From contig RSEE01000016.1 of NCBI GenBank assembly GCA_003971905.1, positions 124,001 through 188,000 of the forward strand: a stretch of DNA of 64,000 nt, in the 5' to 3' direction. The notes beneath the pieces were generated by a model. It saw only the letters and a program-made list of their open reading frames with translations. It was not told where the DNA came from and did no database searches. The position numbers and the translations under genes were made by a program. Shown here piece by piece: positions 10,438-23,060 of the stretch; within the stretch, counting starts at the first letter, position 1; each line of letters starts with the position of its first letter. The stretch is from Moniliella sp. 'wahieum'. Its lineage: Eukaryota.

Positions 10438-11950
10438 TTACTCCTCATCGGCGGTAAGCCAGATAAAGAAGTTGCGGGCAAACCAGTCGGTGGCATCTCG
10501 ACCAAGATGGAATACAGTCGCAATAACGAGGGCCAGGGCACGCAGGCAAAGAACTGGGCAGCGACGATGGCGCCTGATCCCGTAGCGTGACCAGCGACAG
10601 ACATGCTGCCAAATCAGCGGGCCGAGCGATTGGAAAATAGCGCCTTCGACAAGGAAGAGAGAGTAGGAGATGCGGCCGAGGAAAAGGAGAACAGGGTGTT
10701 GGCAAAGATGCGCGAGCGGAACCAAACATCTCAAGCAGGATCATTGCATGGCCGCAACAAACCAGTCGTCGATACGCGGGTAGCCGGTCGCGGAGGGGTC
10801 AAAGTCGGTCCAGAGCAAGCCCGTCTGCGAGTTGTCATGCGCAACCCACTCGTTCCGGTGGTCTGGTGCCGCATCGCCGAACACATACTTGAGCATCACG
10901 CCCACACACAACCAAAGCCGGAATAGTCCAAGCGGAATGACGTTGAATAGTTTCTGGTCCCCAGGGACCCGAGGTCGTACACAACCACCGCCTCGGCCAA
11001 AAAGAGACCGGTAAGGGAGTAGTAGGCAAAGTTGCCAAGCCACCAGGACCAGATCCAAAGGATCGCACCAAAGATGAACTTGGGATAGCCACGAACGTAG
11101 GGAAGCATAATCGCAAAAGCGTACACCGAGTACGACTGAATGAAGTTACGTGTCACAGTCCAGAGGACACCACGGGGTGGGAAGAAGTCCATGGGCACAG
11201 TGTTGATAGCGTTAGAGTTGTCAAAGACATACGCAGTCAGTGAGTCCAAGTAGTTCAGCACGCTCTTCCACTTGGCTGCCGGGGCGACAAAGGTGTTGTT
11301 CAGGGCATAAGAGAAGGGCTCAGCGGCACCAAAGGCATTTTGAGAGGCCATGATGGTCACAATTGCTAGGGCAACAGCCAGAGGGAAAAATACGCGGATC
11401 GGGCGGCGGAAGGCGGCGCCAGCAATGGAGGTGTTCGTGCGGCGCTCAATGAATGTGTGCACGCCGACACGAGCCGCAATAAGGAAGAAAAAGGTGGACT
11501 GCAGCGTGCCATCCCACAAGAGCGGCTGGAAGACTTTGCGAACAGTGCTCTGCCACTGAGGCGAATGCTCAAGAAAGGGAGCTGGGCGCACGTTAAACTC
11601 GTCCGTTCGGTTGCAATGGCTGCAAAGGAAATTGAGTCAGTCAGTGCTTCGCCGGCAAAGAAAGGGGATGCAGGGGCATACCGGGCGCCAAGAGACGGAA
11701 AAAGGCCCAGAGGCAGACCTCGAACGCGATGAGGGCCGCAGCGCCTGAATGTAGGGCACGCGTTCCGAGTAAGAACGGCCGTAATCGTGGGCAGTGTCGT
11801 TGGTAAAGGCAAAGGGAGTCACGCCAGTCAGCTCGGCAGTGGTTTCGAGCTTCTTGTACCCCATTTCGGAGATGGGGCCGGCCATGGGCTCGACGGCGGG
11901 GCCTGCTGCTGGACCTCGGACTTCTCCCGCAGCTTGGAGAGAAGAGGCAT
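10438..11950 (-). CDS. acyltransferase family 3 (OafA/OpgC-like) multi-pass membrane protein, frameshifted
   Basis: Motifs FFFLIAARV, AFRRPIRVFFP, GVLWTV and LLFLGRISYSLFLV, plus many hydrophobic segments. Confidence 0.8.
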
Positions 11951-12239
11951 GATGATGGGTGGTGGTGGTGGGGTGGACGAACGAGCTGGGTGGGGCGGGT
12001 GGGAGGAGGTTTTGGGCTGTGGTGGGCTGGTTGCTGCCAATGCCCGCTGCTCGTGGCTCCTACGCCGCATGGGGGGCATACGGGGCGCAGGCAGCCACAC
12101 TGGCCCCAGGCTGTGTCTCCTGGGGTGTCCGACGCAGCGGCAGTGGCGCCGTGCAGAGACCGCTGCGACGGGTGAGGCCGAGGGGTGTGCTATCTGACGC
12201 ATGATTTGCGACAGAGGGCCACAATCGGAGCGGGTGATG

Positions 12240-15095
12240 CATTCAAGCTTTCAAGCGGCAACTTCGTGGCCGCAGGCCTCTCAGGATCTCAGGCGCTCAG
12301 CGGCTCAGCGCTCAGCCGCTGATCCTAGTGGATCTGAGATCTGACATTTGCAGGCGGGAAGTGCGCGCAGATGCGCGCTCGCTGAGCGCAGCGGGTAGTA
12401 GACTGCGTCACGCGCCATTTCCCCCCACCCGTGGTGCTCGTTTGCAGGCAGTATGGCTGGTGCTTGGACAGTGCTTGGGCGGACTCTGCGTGACCGGTGT
12501 GACGCGTGACGCGTGACTTGAAGCTTGACCGGTGACATGCGCCTCAGATAGTCCCTACAGGTCTCTGCTCGCATGGGGGCTTGGGTCACATGCATCACAT
12601 GACACTTCCCTCGTGGCTCGGCACCCCCACACCACAGCCCCATGCAACCACACCATGTATCATTCATCGCCCGCATCCTAGCGACGCGTGAAGCGCGACG
12701 CCAGCACTCGGCCAAATGATGCACAGACATGATGCGTGATGCGTGATGCATGATGCGCGGCTCTGACGCATGATGTTTGTTGCATAAATGTGTGATGTGA
12801 CATTGGTGACTAGGTGACTGCGCCAAGCCAGCCGCACAATTTGAGATTCTGATATCCGAGGTTCTCAGAATTCACCATTCTGATGCTCGGCGCTCGGCCT
12901 CAGCCTGAGGCCCTCAGCCTGAGGCCGGAGGCTAGATACTGGCCAAGCCCCAGGCTTGACAAAGTAATACTCGCCGCTAAATTTCAGTTCACTCAGATCT
13001 CAGAACCACACAGCTGTGCAGAGTGACGCGTGACGCGTGACGAACGTACGAGTGACAGAACCGATTGAGAACGTTTGACGCGTTGTCTGCTGTCCAAACC
13101 CTTTGGTACTTTGATCCCCACCGGGCTTGTCGTTTCGCTTCTGAAAACGGAAACGGCATTGTGCCTCTGCCTGCCCCCCCCCCCCCCCCCCCCCCCCACG
13201 ATCCCGCGTCTTCCGCTGTACTTGCCATGTTCTCCATGTGCATTGGCATGATTGATAGTCCTCGCCCACAACAGATGCACTGGGAGAGATCCCACGATCG
13301 CACGTCGAACGTAGTGAAATCCGCGTTACAACCCTGGACTGATAGTGTAGAGTACCGATATAACGCGTAACGATAGCAGATGCATACGTTGGACACTGTT
13401 GAAAAAAGCCCCAAGTGGCAAGACTGGACAAGAGCCTGTCACATGTCCGCTGTCCGCGTTCAGCGCCACCAGCCACACCAGGCCACACATATGAGCGAAA
13501 CAGTATATAAGCTACTCAGATATCGATAACCGTCAAGCTTCAAATTCGTCAAACCGAGGACACCGTACGATCGAAAATGTAGACAGTAGCGGTTACCGGT
13601 TACCCATCTGATAAAACCTGCCGGCATTAACGAAAACAGGCACGTTGGCTTGGTGCCCCCAGCATACCCCCGCTTGGCAACTGTGTGTGTGTATATAGTC
13701 ACCGTATGTGACCGGTAAGCGCTAAAAGCGCGTCGCGCTCAGCTGAGCTCAGCGGTTATGGTAGTTTTCGCACTGTATAATGAACGACGCCGGTGAACTC
13801 CACGCCGCAGCCACTCCCACTCTGTACGCCCATCGTGCATCGTCTGTAGAGCCCACATTGTGCGCTACCCATTGCAAACCTTATATCGTCCTCCGCCGGC
13901 GCCTCTGCCCCCTATTTAATAACTATGGACGGGTGCGAGAGAGCCTTCTTCCATGTGGCTCAGCGCTCGGTTGCTCAATACGCTCTCTGAGATACTCACA
14001 GAATCCATATGGTCTTTTTTGGCCCCCCTTCTCTCCTGCGTGCTTACAATTGCTGAACGCACGCCGCCGCTGTGGGGACCGCGAGCGAGCAAGCTCTGCT
14101 CTGCAACGAAAAGCCGCACACCAAGTTGCGAGCGGCCAACAGTTCGTTGTCGCGGTAGTGCGCGTAGCGTTCAACCGTTCTGTACCAGTATACTACGGCA
14201 GTGTATACTTGGGCAGGCGGGGGTTGGTGCGGTTGATGCATGTGACGCGTTGACGCAGTTGTTGCGCTTGGGCTAAGCGCTGGGCTGATGCGCTGATGGC
14301 GCTGATGCATGATGCCCAACGCATATGTTCTGTTTGATCGATGATCGATGATCGATGACCGGGATGCGGTACCGTATCGACGTATCGACAACCGGCTGAT
14401 CATGCATCATGCATTGTGCATCCTGAGCTATTCAACGTTCGTTCAACGTTCAACCATCCACCGTTTGATAATCGTATCCGAACTATGCACTGCTCCCAGA
14501 GCCGGATCACCGGGATCACCACCGCCTCCCTCGAAATCGGCGGCGATGGGACGCGGGATGAATGTGATGAACAAGTGCGGACGATCGATGACGATGGACT
14601 GTCCCAGTCCTCTGTCGGAGAGCACCACCAGCCGAGTGCAAGCCATTTAACAGAAAAACTTGCGAATGAGCCGGGTGACCGGTGACTAGTGCCCGATGAT
14701 CGATGATCTGGTGATGCAGGTGATATACCCCGGCGTGGCATAGCATCTTGGAGGGGCTGGGGGCTGCCTGAAGTTCAAGCTTGAAGCTTGAAGCTTGAAG
14801 CTTGAAGTTTAACTGAACGCATCTCGGGTCTCCGGCCACTGGCGTCACCGCGTCACCGGGCGCTGCGGCCAGGGGCATACGTACGTTGGAGCGGTGGCGC
14901 CGTGCGGATTAGAGGCGGGTGGGTTGTGGCGCTGGCGAGGCCCGAGCAGACTGGCTGAGGCCGAGCCGCCCAGTGCGACCCCCCGCTGACCCCCCCGGGG
15001 CAGAGAGCTGCGAATGTCGCAAGCGTAACCGCTGACCGCTGATCGATGAGGCAGTGAGAACAGTGCCCGGATGTCACCAGTCACGCGTCACTAGC
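12240..15095. repeat. dense field of TRA + palindrome heptamers in the divergent AT3/GT2 intergenic region
   Basis: Examples: 12491-12539 TGACCGG..TGACGCG TGACGCG..TGAAGCT TGACCGG TGACATG; 14335-14358 TGATCGA x3; 14782-14802 TGAAGCT x3. Confidence 0.85.
13174..13197. repeat. poly-C/poly-G tract (~24 nt)
   Basis: Directly visible homopolymer. Confidence 0.9.
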
Positions 15096-15390
15096 TTCAG
15101 CGCACGCCTAATTGTGTGTGATATCTATTGTGGTTTCAAGCACGGCACGGCACCAGTATCACAGCCCCCTGCACTGGCGCGGAGCAGCTCACTCGGCCAG
15201 CACCCTGGCCAGACAAAAGCGGTAGGTTCCTACACAGCTCCAGTGCCCCACCGGCACTGCCTCCCCCCCCCCCCTCGCCCGCACCTAGGCCACCGCCCAC
15301 CTCGCCTCAAAACTCGGCGCTGCCAGCCTAACTACCGCCCCTTTTTCTCCCACCACCGTCTCTCTCGGCCTACCTGGGACTGCTGCCACG

Positions 15391-16923
15391 ATGGGACTTG
15401 GCCAGCAGCTTGACCGCGCGTCCAACTGGATCATCGGGTGTATGTCGTTCCTCTCATCTACCCTTTGGAGCTCCGCGTACTGACTGCCTCCGTTGCCGCT
15501 CGTAGGGACACCCATTTCGTTGATGGTCACCTATGCCGTCTTCAGTGTCTTCTTCTACATCTTGATCCCACCTGTTCTCAACTCGGCGCTATGGTATACG
15601 TACATGGGCATCCAGACCTTTGTAGTGCTCACTGTCCTGAGCGAGGCCATCTCTTCCATCCGCCCCAACGTCGAGTCCCGTCGTGCTCGTCGCAAGGTCG
15701 CCAAGGTCGGCTTTCCCGATCTCGACGGGGAGGAAAACGAGCACAAGTGCCCGAAGATCGACCTGGTACTTGTCGCCTACCTCCCCAACGAGCAGTACAT
15801 CATCAAGCGCCAGATCCGCTACGCTATGACACAGATTGAGTACCCTGCCTCGCGTCTGACGATCAATGTGGTGTACAACACCCCCAAACCCATTGAACCT
15901 CTGGAGACGGAGCTGCAAGAGATGACAAGCCAGAGTACGGACACCTCAAGGTCATTTCTGTTCCAAACTCGACCTCCAAGGCCGACAACATCAACTACTT
16001 CCTCTCGCTTCCCTCTGACTCGGAGATCATTGCGATCTTTGACACGGACCACTATCCTTCTCGCTACGCTCTCAAATGGGTCGCCCGCGCGTTCAATAAG
16101 GGTGATGTGGACATTATTCAAGGCCGCTGCTGTATCTACAACTACTCCGAGACTTGGATCACCCGCCTGATTGCAGCCGAGTTTGATATGATTTACGGTG
16201 TTTTCCATCCGGGTCGTGCTCGCTCTCATCGCTTTGGTCTTTTTGGTGGATCAAACGGCTATTGGAATGCATCGCTGCTTCGCTCGCTCGGAATGCAAAA
16301 GCATATGCTTACTGAAGACATTGACTCCACTCTGCGTGCGATTGTGTCGGGTGCACGGATCAAGTACATGCTCGAAGTGCAGTCTTATGAGACCGCTCCA
16401 GAAACAGCAATGGCGTTGCTCAAGCAACGCATGCGCTGGACTCAGGGTTGGTTCCAAGTTACCCTCCGCCACGCGCTCCCTTCTCTTCAGTACGGTGCTT
16501 ACGGAACGGTCAACCCTCGGCTATGAGCACAAAGCTCATCTCTCGTGCTGGTCTCTTTCTTCCTCTTGGTTTTCCGTGAGGCCTTCTTTTACTTCATCTC
16601 CCAGCTTTCGGCTCTACTGCTTGCCAGTTTCGCCGTGCACCCGCCTCACCGCTGGCATGAGCTGTACCAATCATTTGAGGGCTTCAAGATCACCGTCTGG
16701 CTCTTTGTCCTGAACGCCATCTGCATCATGACAGCCACCGGCATCACTGCCCGCAACCGGAGCGAGTTCACCTCTGTTTGGGCCATCTTTGCCTTTGGCA
16801 TCCTCTCTCCCACTTACTACACACATCGTCACCTTCATGTCGATTACCTGCCACTTCCGTGAACTGGTGCAGTATTCTAACTGGAACCCGACCTCTCGTT
16901 CGGCTCCGAAGAAGACGACCTGA
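15391..16923 (+). CDS. processive glycosyltransferase family 2 (cellulose/beta-glycan synthase-like), intron 15440-15505
   Basis: VAYLPNE, SKADNIN, FDTDH (DxD), FGGSNGYW, LTEDID and QRMRW (QxxRW) motifs; N- and C-terminal TM helices; GTATGT..CTGAC..TAG intron restores the frame from MGLGQQLD. Confidence 0.9.
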
Positions 16924-19900
16924 AGCTCTCGTTTGCACTTTCTTCTCCCCCCCCTCCCCTCCACTCTCCGGTTTCTTGTCGCCGGTCCTCACTATACGAG
17001 GAGCATGCTACGGTCTTACCCAGGTATATTGCCCCTGCTTCTTTCTCGTGCACGCCTTCGTTCCTCGCACCAATGCACCCGCACCTGCTTTGTATTCTTG
17101 ACGCTACTTTCTTCCTTGTGTATTGTAGCGTCTGCCGGGTCGGATTTTTGTATTTCTCTCGTTTTTCGCACTGTCGAGATCTTGTCCTGGCCATGACAGG
17201 TCGAGCCCGATGTGATGGACAAGATCGTGCCAGCGATCGGTCAGTCACAAATATCCCCCCCACTTCGCCCCGAGGCGCTCGGCGGCTCGGCGCTCAGAGC
17301 TCTTTCTTACAACCTTCCCAAAATGCGAGTCAATTTATAGCCGCTTGCAGAACGAGCCAGGTGCTGTCCGCTTTGGCGACAATAACGCTTCGTGTGAGAA
17401 TGTATGTAGAAATGGGATACCACAGAGAAGACAGACACGCAGAGCTTTCTTTGCTTGAGAGTGTTTTTGGGACGATCCGGGGTCGGGAGTTGCCAATGGG
17501 GTGATTTACAGACTTGAGGCCGGTCAACTACTATAGTGACTAGTTTTGCTGGAGCTTTTGCTCGCGAGCGACGCCCATGGCCAGCTTATGTCGCACTCGG
17601 ATCGTCCTATGCCTCACCGCTCAGGGGCACTCACCCCACGTGGTAAAACTGGGGTCGCGACCAAAAGTACAAGAAGGCTCGGCCAATTCAGACACACTTT
17701 TGCATCCCCCCACACAGAAAAAAAGGCGAGCCTGTAGTGACTATAGCCATAGTGACTACGTAGTGACTAATAATAGCTATAGTGACTGTCAACATGCGGA
17801 AAATCGAGTATGAAACTAAAATGGAGAGACGTGTGCCGAATAAGCGTCCTAGTGAGAGGAGAGCAAGGCCAGGAAGAAATGGTGGGGATGTAATCAGCGG
17901 AAGGCAGCCCGGAGTCATAACTCGCACACCTATACGCGTGGTTCCTACTATATACATAAGGTTGCGAGATGACGCTGTTGGTAATGTTAGTATATTAATA
18001 CCAAAACATGTGGGAGAGTGTCGATCACCGCAACACTTCTGGCCCGCCACAGTTCTCTCAGCTTCTTCTATTCGGGTGCCCAGGCGCTCTCAGACGTTCA
18101 ATTAGAGCTACTGCTCTGCCATCTTCACACTCTAAGTAATATCGTCGTTTTCTGCCATACGTTTTGAGAGCTCGTTCGTTTGTTAGAGTGTTGGTCAAGA
18201 TGTTTGGGCTGGCGGTAGAGCAACAGAGGCAAACCTTAATACCTGTCTCTATCTCTTCCCAAGTGAATGAATAAAAGCATAATCGAAGGAAAGGAGGAGA
18301 GAAGAGTGTTACACCGAGAGTTCTGATACTTATGTTTCCCCTTTTTTATGGGAGCAAAAAACTCTCCGAGAATTCTTTTTGTTGAGTGGAGAGCCACAAA
18401 ATCTGTTCCTCACACGTAAAATATCTTTCCCTCGTCTCTCTTCCTTCAAACACGCGTATCTCGCATGCCTGTAATCGCGATCACTATTACGGTTGCTGTC
18501 CTCATACTGCTCAAATTCCAATGTGATCCTAAGATGAACATAAGAAGAGGACGTACGAGAATGAGCACTTCTTTCTCTACTGAAGAGAAATGTTGGGGTA
18601 GTAAAAACTGCGGTCGCCATGGTAATCATACTCTCCGGTGAGAGTGCGGTAATACTTATTGTACAAGACTTGGTATATACACGCAGCCTACTTTTCTCAA
18701 TGTGGCTTTGGAGGCTTTGTGGAACGCTAACGCTCTCTTCGAGGAGCCGCCGCCTGTGCCTAAAGGTAGCCTGAATTGAATGAGTTGAACCCACCAAGCC
18801 AGGTCGTTCAACCGGTTGATGATCTCTGTGACCTCTCATGCTGTTCATTCTACTCGACTTGCATCATTCTCACCTGGTGGTCCAACCAGTTTGTCTACTT
18901 TTTCCTTACCGGGTTGCTTCCATTGCTAATGCCATCTGAAGAATGACATGCCGGATACATTCCTGGCGTGGGTCATGTTCTTCCTTGGCGCGATCGTGAC
19001 TTTTGACTTCACTATGCCAACGGATGTACAGAATGAATGGGGAATCCATCCCAACTTTGGCACAGAGGGACGCCAAACAAGTGCGCGGGAACCCATGCAG
19101 ACGTGGAACTTGCCCAAGCTCAACAACGGAGTCTTTGTCATCTCCTTTTTCTTGTTGTGCGTTCTGTGCATGCCGGCGCGAGCCTTCTTCCAACTTCGTT
19201 TTTGGAACCTGCTTAAAAGCGCAACGCTTTCTTCTCTCTTTACCTTCTGCATGTGGCGTCGTCTTTTGGTCGGTTGGTGCAGTGGCGACTCCTAAGATGC
19301 TTGCTGCTGGCATTCCGTTGTATTGGGCTGCAATCCTTCTCAATTTACTCCTTTGCTACGCCAGCTCCTGGTTTTCTGTGAGATATTTACTCGCACGTTT
19401 GATGGTTGGGGTACCACTCTCGCTCCTTCCTTCTTCCGTGGTGTGTCGGGTGGTTTGGGTCGGCGCCCGACTCGAGGCGCGTACGGTATTTTTTTCTCTC
19501 TCCCTTTTTCCTCGCCTGCCCTGTCCTTTTCATCATGCCTCCCATCGCAACTCGCTCATACCTGATCCTAGGTCTCCCATCTCACCCCTATCCTTCTCTA
19601 TCTCTCCCTCACATCTCCAATCGTTGCGCACGGAAGTTCCCACACTCATTTTCCGACTGTTGTGCTGTGGCTACAATTTGCCTGTGCTCTCCCCATGTGC
19701 GAGCCCTCGATCCCGTCCCCATTCGTTTTCTTTATGACTTGATGCTGTCCTACCCTTTCCTCTTCTTTGGTCTGACATGACCGAGAAATTGTCTTCACGA
19801 GCTTGTTTGCATGTGCGAAGCGTCGTTGTTCCCTTTTTACGCAGTTGCCATATAATTGGAGCCATTAGGACCCAAGCTCTGGTGCCATGGCGGCGACCCC

Positions 19901-20459
19901 ATCTCCCGAGTAATGGGAATGGATAAAAACGGAGAGAGCATAAGCAAATATACTACTTCCGCACCTGGTCAATCGTCCAGGCCAGCAGCCTGCTGACTGC
20001 TGTAAGGTTCTTATACCCTTGAGGAGTCTGTCCCTGGACTCAGGCAAGATTCGATGCCATCATTGTGGATAACGCCCCAGTGTATATATCCCATGGCATG
20101 GTATTTCATTTGACCCTCGCTTGCTCAAGACGGTCAGGGGGAAACGACGAGGCGCCATTATCTTCTGCCCAAGGCGCTCATGGAGCACCCCCAGCCCAAT
20201 CTGCGCCTCGTCCCACAGCTCTCGCATGAATCCATCTTCCTTCTCGCATCCCGTATCCTTCCCCCCCTTTGACCCTGCATCAATTCTTTTATGCATGGTC
20301 CATCCACCGCCCTGTGTTCGAATCCTTCTTGCCCCATACGCGCTCCTTTGTCGGCAACTGCATCCATAGTCACTTGAGCATTGTCCAACTTCCTTCCCAT
20401 CCATGAATTATCCTCAATGTTTTGGAGAAATGGTGAGGTATATCTTGCGCTACACTTTC

Positions 20460-21800
20460 ACTCAGCCAACGCCAACCAAGTGGTCCCAGCAACGACGATC
20501 AGCAACGTGCGCACCTCCTCCGCCTGGGCCTGCAGAGGAGCGCGGACGCCATTTCCGAAGGAATCCATGAGAGTTGGTGCACGTCCAAGGGATGGAACGA
20601 GTCGTGTTCAACCGTTGCCCTGGTGCGGGCGGCTGGGCGAGGGGAACGGTGGCCGCGGTCATGGCGGCCGGTGAGGTGGGTGACGTAGCTGGACGGTCAC
20701 GACGTAAAGGGTGAGCCAAGGGCTCGGGACGCGGCGCAGGCGCAGCGCAGGGACCAAGACGAGATTCGTAAGGGAAGCAAAGCTTTTCGGTACAGAGGTG
20801 GGCGTCGGTCCCACTCGGCCCCTTCCAATTTCCAAATGCGAATCAGGCCATCGGGGCAGACCATGGCTACGAACGGGTAGCGGCAGCGACGGGAAGCACG
20901 ACCGAAGCAAAATCTTCCCTCCGATGGAGGAAGGGGGGACGATGCAGCTCGGCGCGGAGATGGGCGGTTGGACCCGCGGGGTCGGTGGGGATCTCCCACA
21001 GCCGCGCTGTGCCGCTGTAGTGGACGACCAACACCCGTTCTGGGTCACCCGGAGCGGACCAAGGGAGATACTTTGAACGGGGTCGCGCTGCCTGGACGAG
21101 GTAGGAGGAGAGATCATGCCACAGACGCGAGGGAAATCGTTCTCCTCTTCCGACGGGGCGAATCAAAACGAAGGGGTGCAGCGTACAGACGCTCTAGACG
21201 GAGGATTGTCCGTCCCGTAAGCCAAAGGAGAGTAGTAGTGCTCGGATAAACGGCCAGCACATCGGGCTGAGATGTCCTTTTCCTTGACTTGTTACTGTAC
21301 GAGGAAAGTAATGCTGTAGGGCCTCGTTTTGTTGTCGCGAGCCCCGTAGAGGACCGACCCATGCTTGCACCACCACCACCATCGTCGGCTGGTGGATGTG
21401 GTAGTGACGACATACATCCCGTCCTTGTTGGCAGACAGGACATGAGGCCCATTTGACCCAATCACTGGGTCAGGTGGAACGAGGGTCATGTCACAGGCAT
21501 TGCCGTCGACAGTGTTCTCGTCAAGGTTGACCGAACCGAGGCAATGACAAGCGACCTTGGCGCATGAGGATGAGCCACGAGCGGGGCCTGAGCTGCGATG
21601 GAGAGACCAATGGTGCTGGGCAAGTCAGGAGAGAGGAGCCACTGGAGAAGGTTGCGAATGCCCAAGGAAGCCCCAGCTACTACCGGCAGGCCATAGCTCC
21701 TCCCCGACTGACTGAACGCAAAAATTTCCCCGATCATTTGATGATTCAAGCCCAGGGAGGGATGTGATCCAAAAACCTGCACTGTGTTTCTCCCAGGAGA
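20460..21800 (-). mobile_element. possible decayed L1/Tx1-type non-LTR retrotransposon ORF2 C-terminal region
   Basis: The fragment SQSGRSYGLPVVAGASLGIRNLLQWLL resembles the post-RT GGLGLP....ALL..WL motif. Many stops; no RT core recognised. Confidence 0.3.
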
Positions 21801-21949
21801 GTGACAGCACCTCCGGTAAATACAACGAGGATTGCACCTTTCCCTCCGACCAAGTCAACGCCTAGCGAGCGGGGACCCTCTTGCTCAAGGTGGGGGAATT
21901 CCACCCACTGGGTAAAGGTTAACATCTGTGCGAAGACTCATTCAAGGGA

Positions 21950-22790
21950 AATCGGCGTACCATCATGTACCGAATCCCGCATCAGAATGTTGGGGGAAAT
22001 ATTGTCATTTTCAACGAAGGAGGCCAGAGCTGGGTGTGGCAAGCTGAAGACGCAGCTGATTGGCCCACATATGGTCCCTTCGGATCTGATCGCGCCTGGC
22101 TGGGCCAAACCCTGACGCAAACGAAGAATGGCGGAGGTGAAAAAACAGGGGAGGGCCCAAATGCGCTGGGGGGCCCAAGGGGGGCAGCACAGCTAGGCGA
22201 TGGCCAGTGGAATCCCAGAGGGTCGTGGGAAGGAGGCGCTTGCGTTTGCGTGCGGCGGTGGCTGCACCCCTGCTTTCTGTGGTGGCGCTTTGAAGAAGCG
22301 TTGCCGCTCTGGGTCCCATGTACCCTGGCATCTCGAAAGGGGGAGAAACGCCCATGGTGCTCGATACGAGGCAACCAAATGCCTGCCAAAAAGGAATGAT
22401 GTCGGTGGTGAACGTGGTAACCGGAAAAGGTTGAACGAAATTGGCCCTCAAAAGTTGGCGATTGATATGCAATCACGATCGGTTGAAATGTTTCTCTGAC
22501 TACACTGTTTTTGCTTTTGGATACACTAGAAGACCACCGGGCCTACGGCCCGGTCAGCTGGGGCTTCGCCCCACTTGGTGTGCTTGTGCTTGCTCGCCAC
22601 CTTAGCCACCGCTCCCCCGTCGCCACCGTAGCCACCGGTCCACCGTTCCACGCTGGAGAGCGGATAGTATTCACCACTACGCCTCGGGCGGAATTTTATC
22701 CCCATGTGCATCCGCCTGGCTGCGCCCGCCTGGAACGCGCCGGGTGAAACGTGCCAGGTGGCATGCTTGTGTAATTTTACGTAAAGTAAA
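21950..22790 (+). mobile_element. possible tyrosine-recombinase retroelement (DIRS/Ngaro-like) relic with terminal repeat
   Basis: PEGRGKEALAFACGGGCTP...AL and KLAIDMQSRSVEMFL weakly echo YR C-terminal motifs. These are followed by a GGGGCTTCGCCCC hairpin repeat shared with 6182-6490. Confidence 0.3.
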
Positions 22791-22821
22791 AGGGGGTCTG
22801 CGTTATGAAGCAAGTAACCCC

Positions 22822-22891
22822 CGCAAGATGAACGGTTCGGTTTAGACGTAGCGTTCCCCCTGTCCCAGCCTTAAGCTCTGTCAATGATATG
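22822..22891 (+). mobile_element. short (5'-truncated) copy of the 3' tail of the 3338-3985 element
   Basis: CGCAAGATGAACG..TCGGTTTAG.CGTAGCGTT.CCCTGTCCCA..GCCTTAAGCTCTGTCAATGATATG matches 3898-3968. Confidence 0.75.
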
Positions 22892-23060
22892 AATTCAAAG
22901 AGGTAGATGTTCTGCGGTCAAGTAGCTGTGAAGTCCCCCGGGATCCTACTCCACTCTGCCCTTTTTAAACTCTATCGTTTGTATATGTATCCGTGTACCG
23001 ACCTTTCCAGACCAAATATCTGTATCCTGTGTCGATCGACATTAAGCAAACACACAGCCC

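Noticed and set aside
18330..19780. Several 100-240 aa ORFs
   Set aside because: Mutually overlapping with no recognisable domain; probably decayed sequence.
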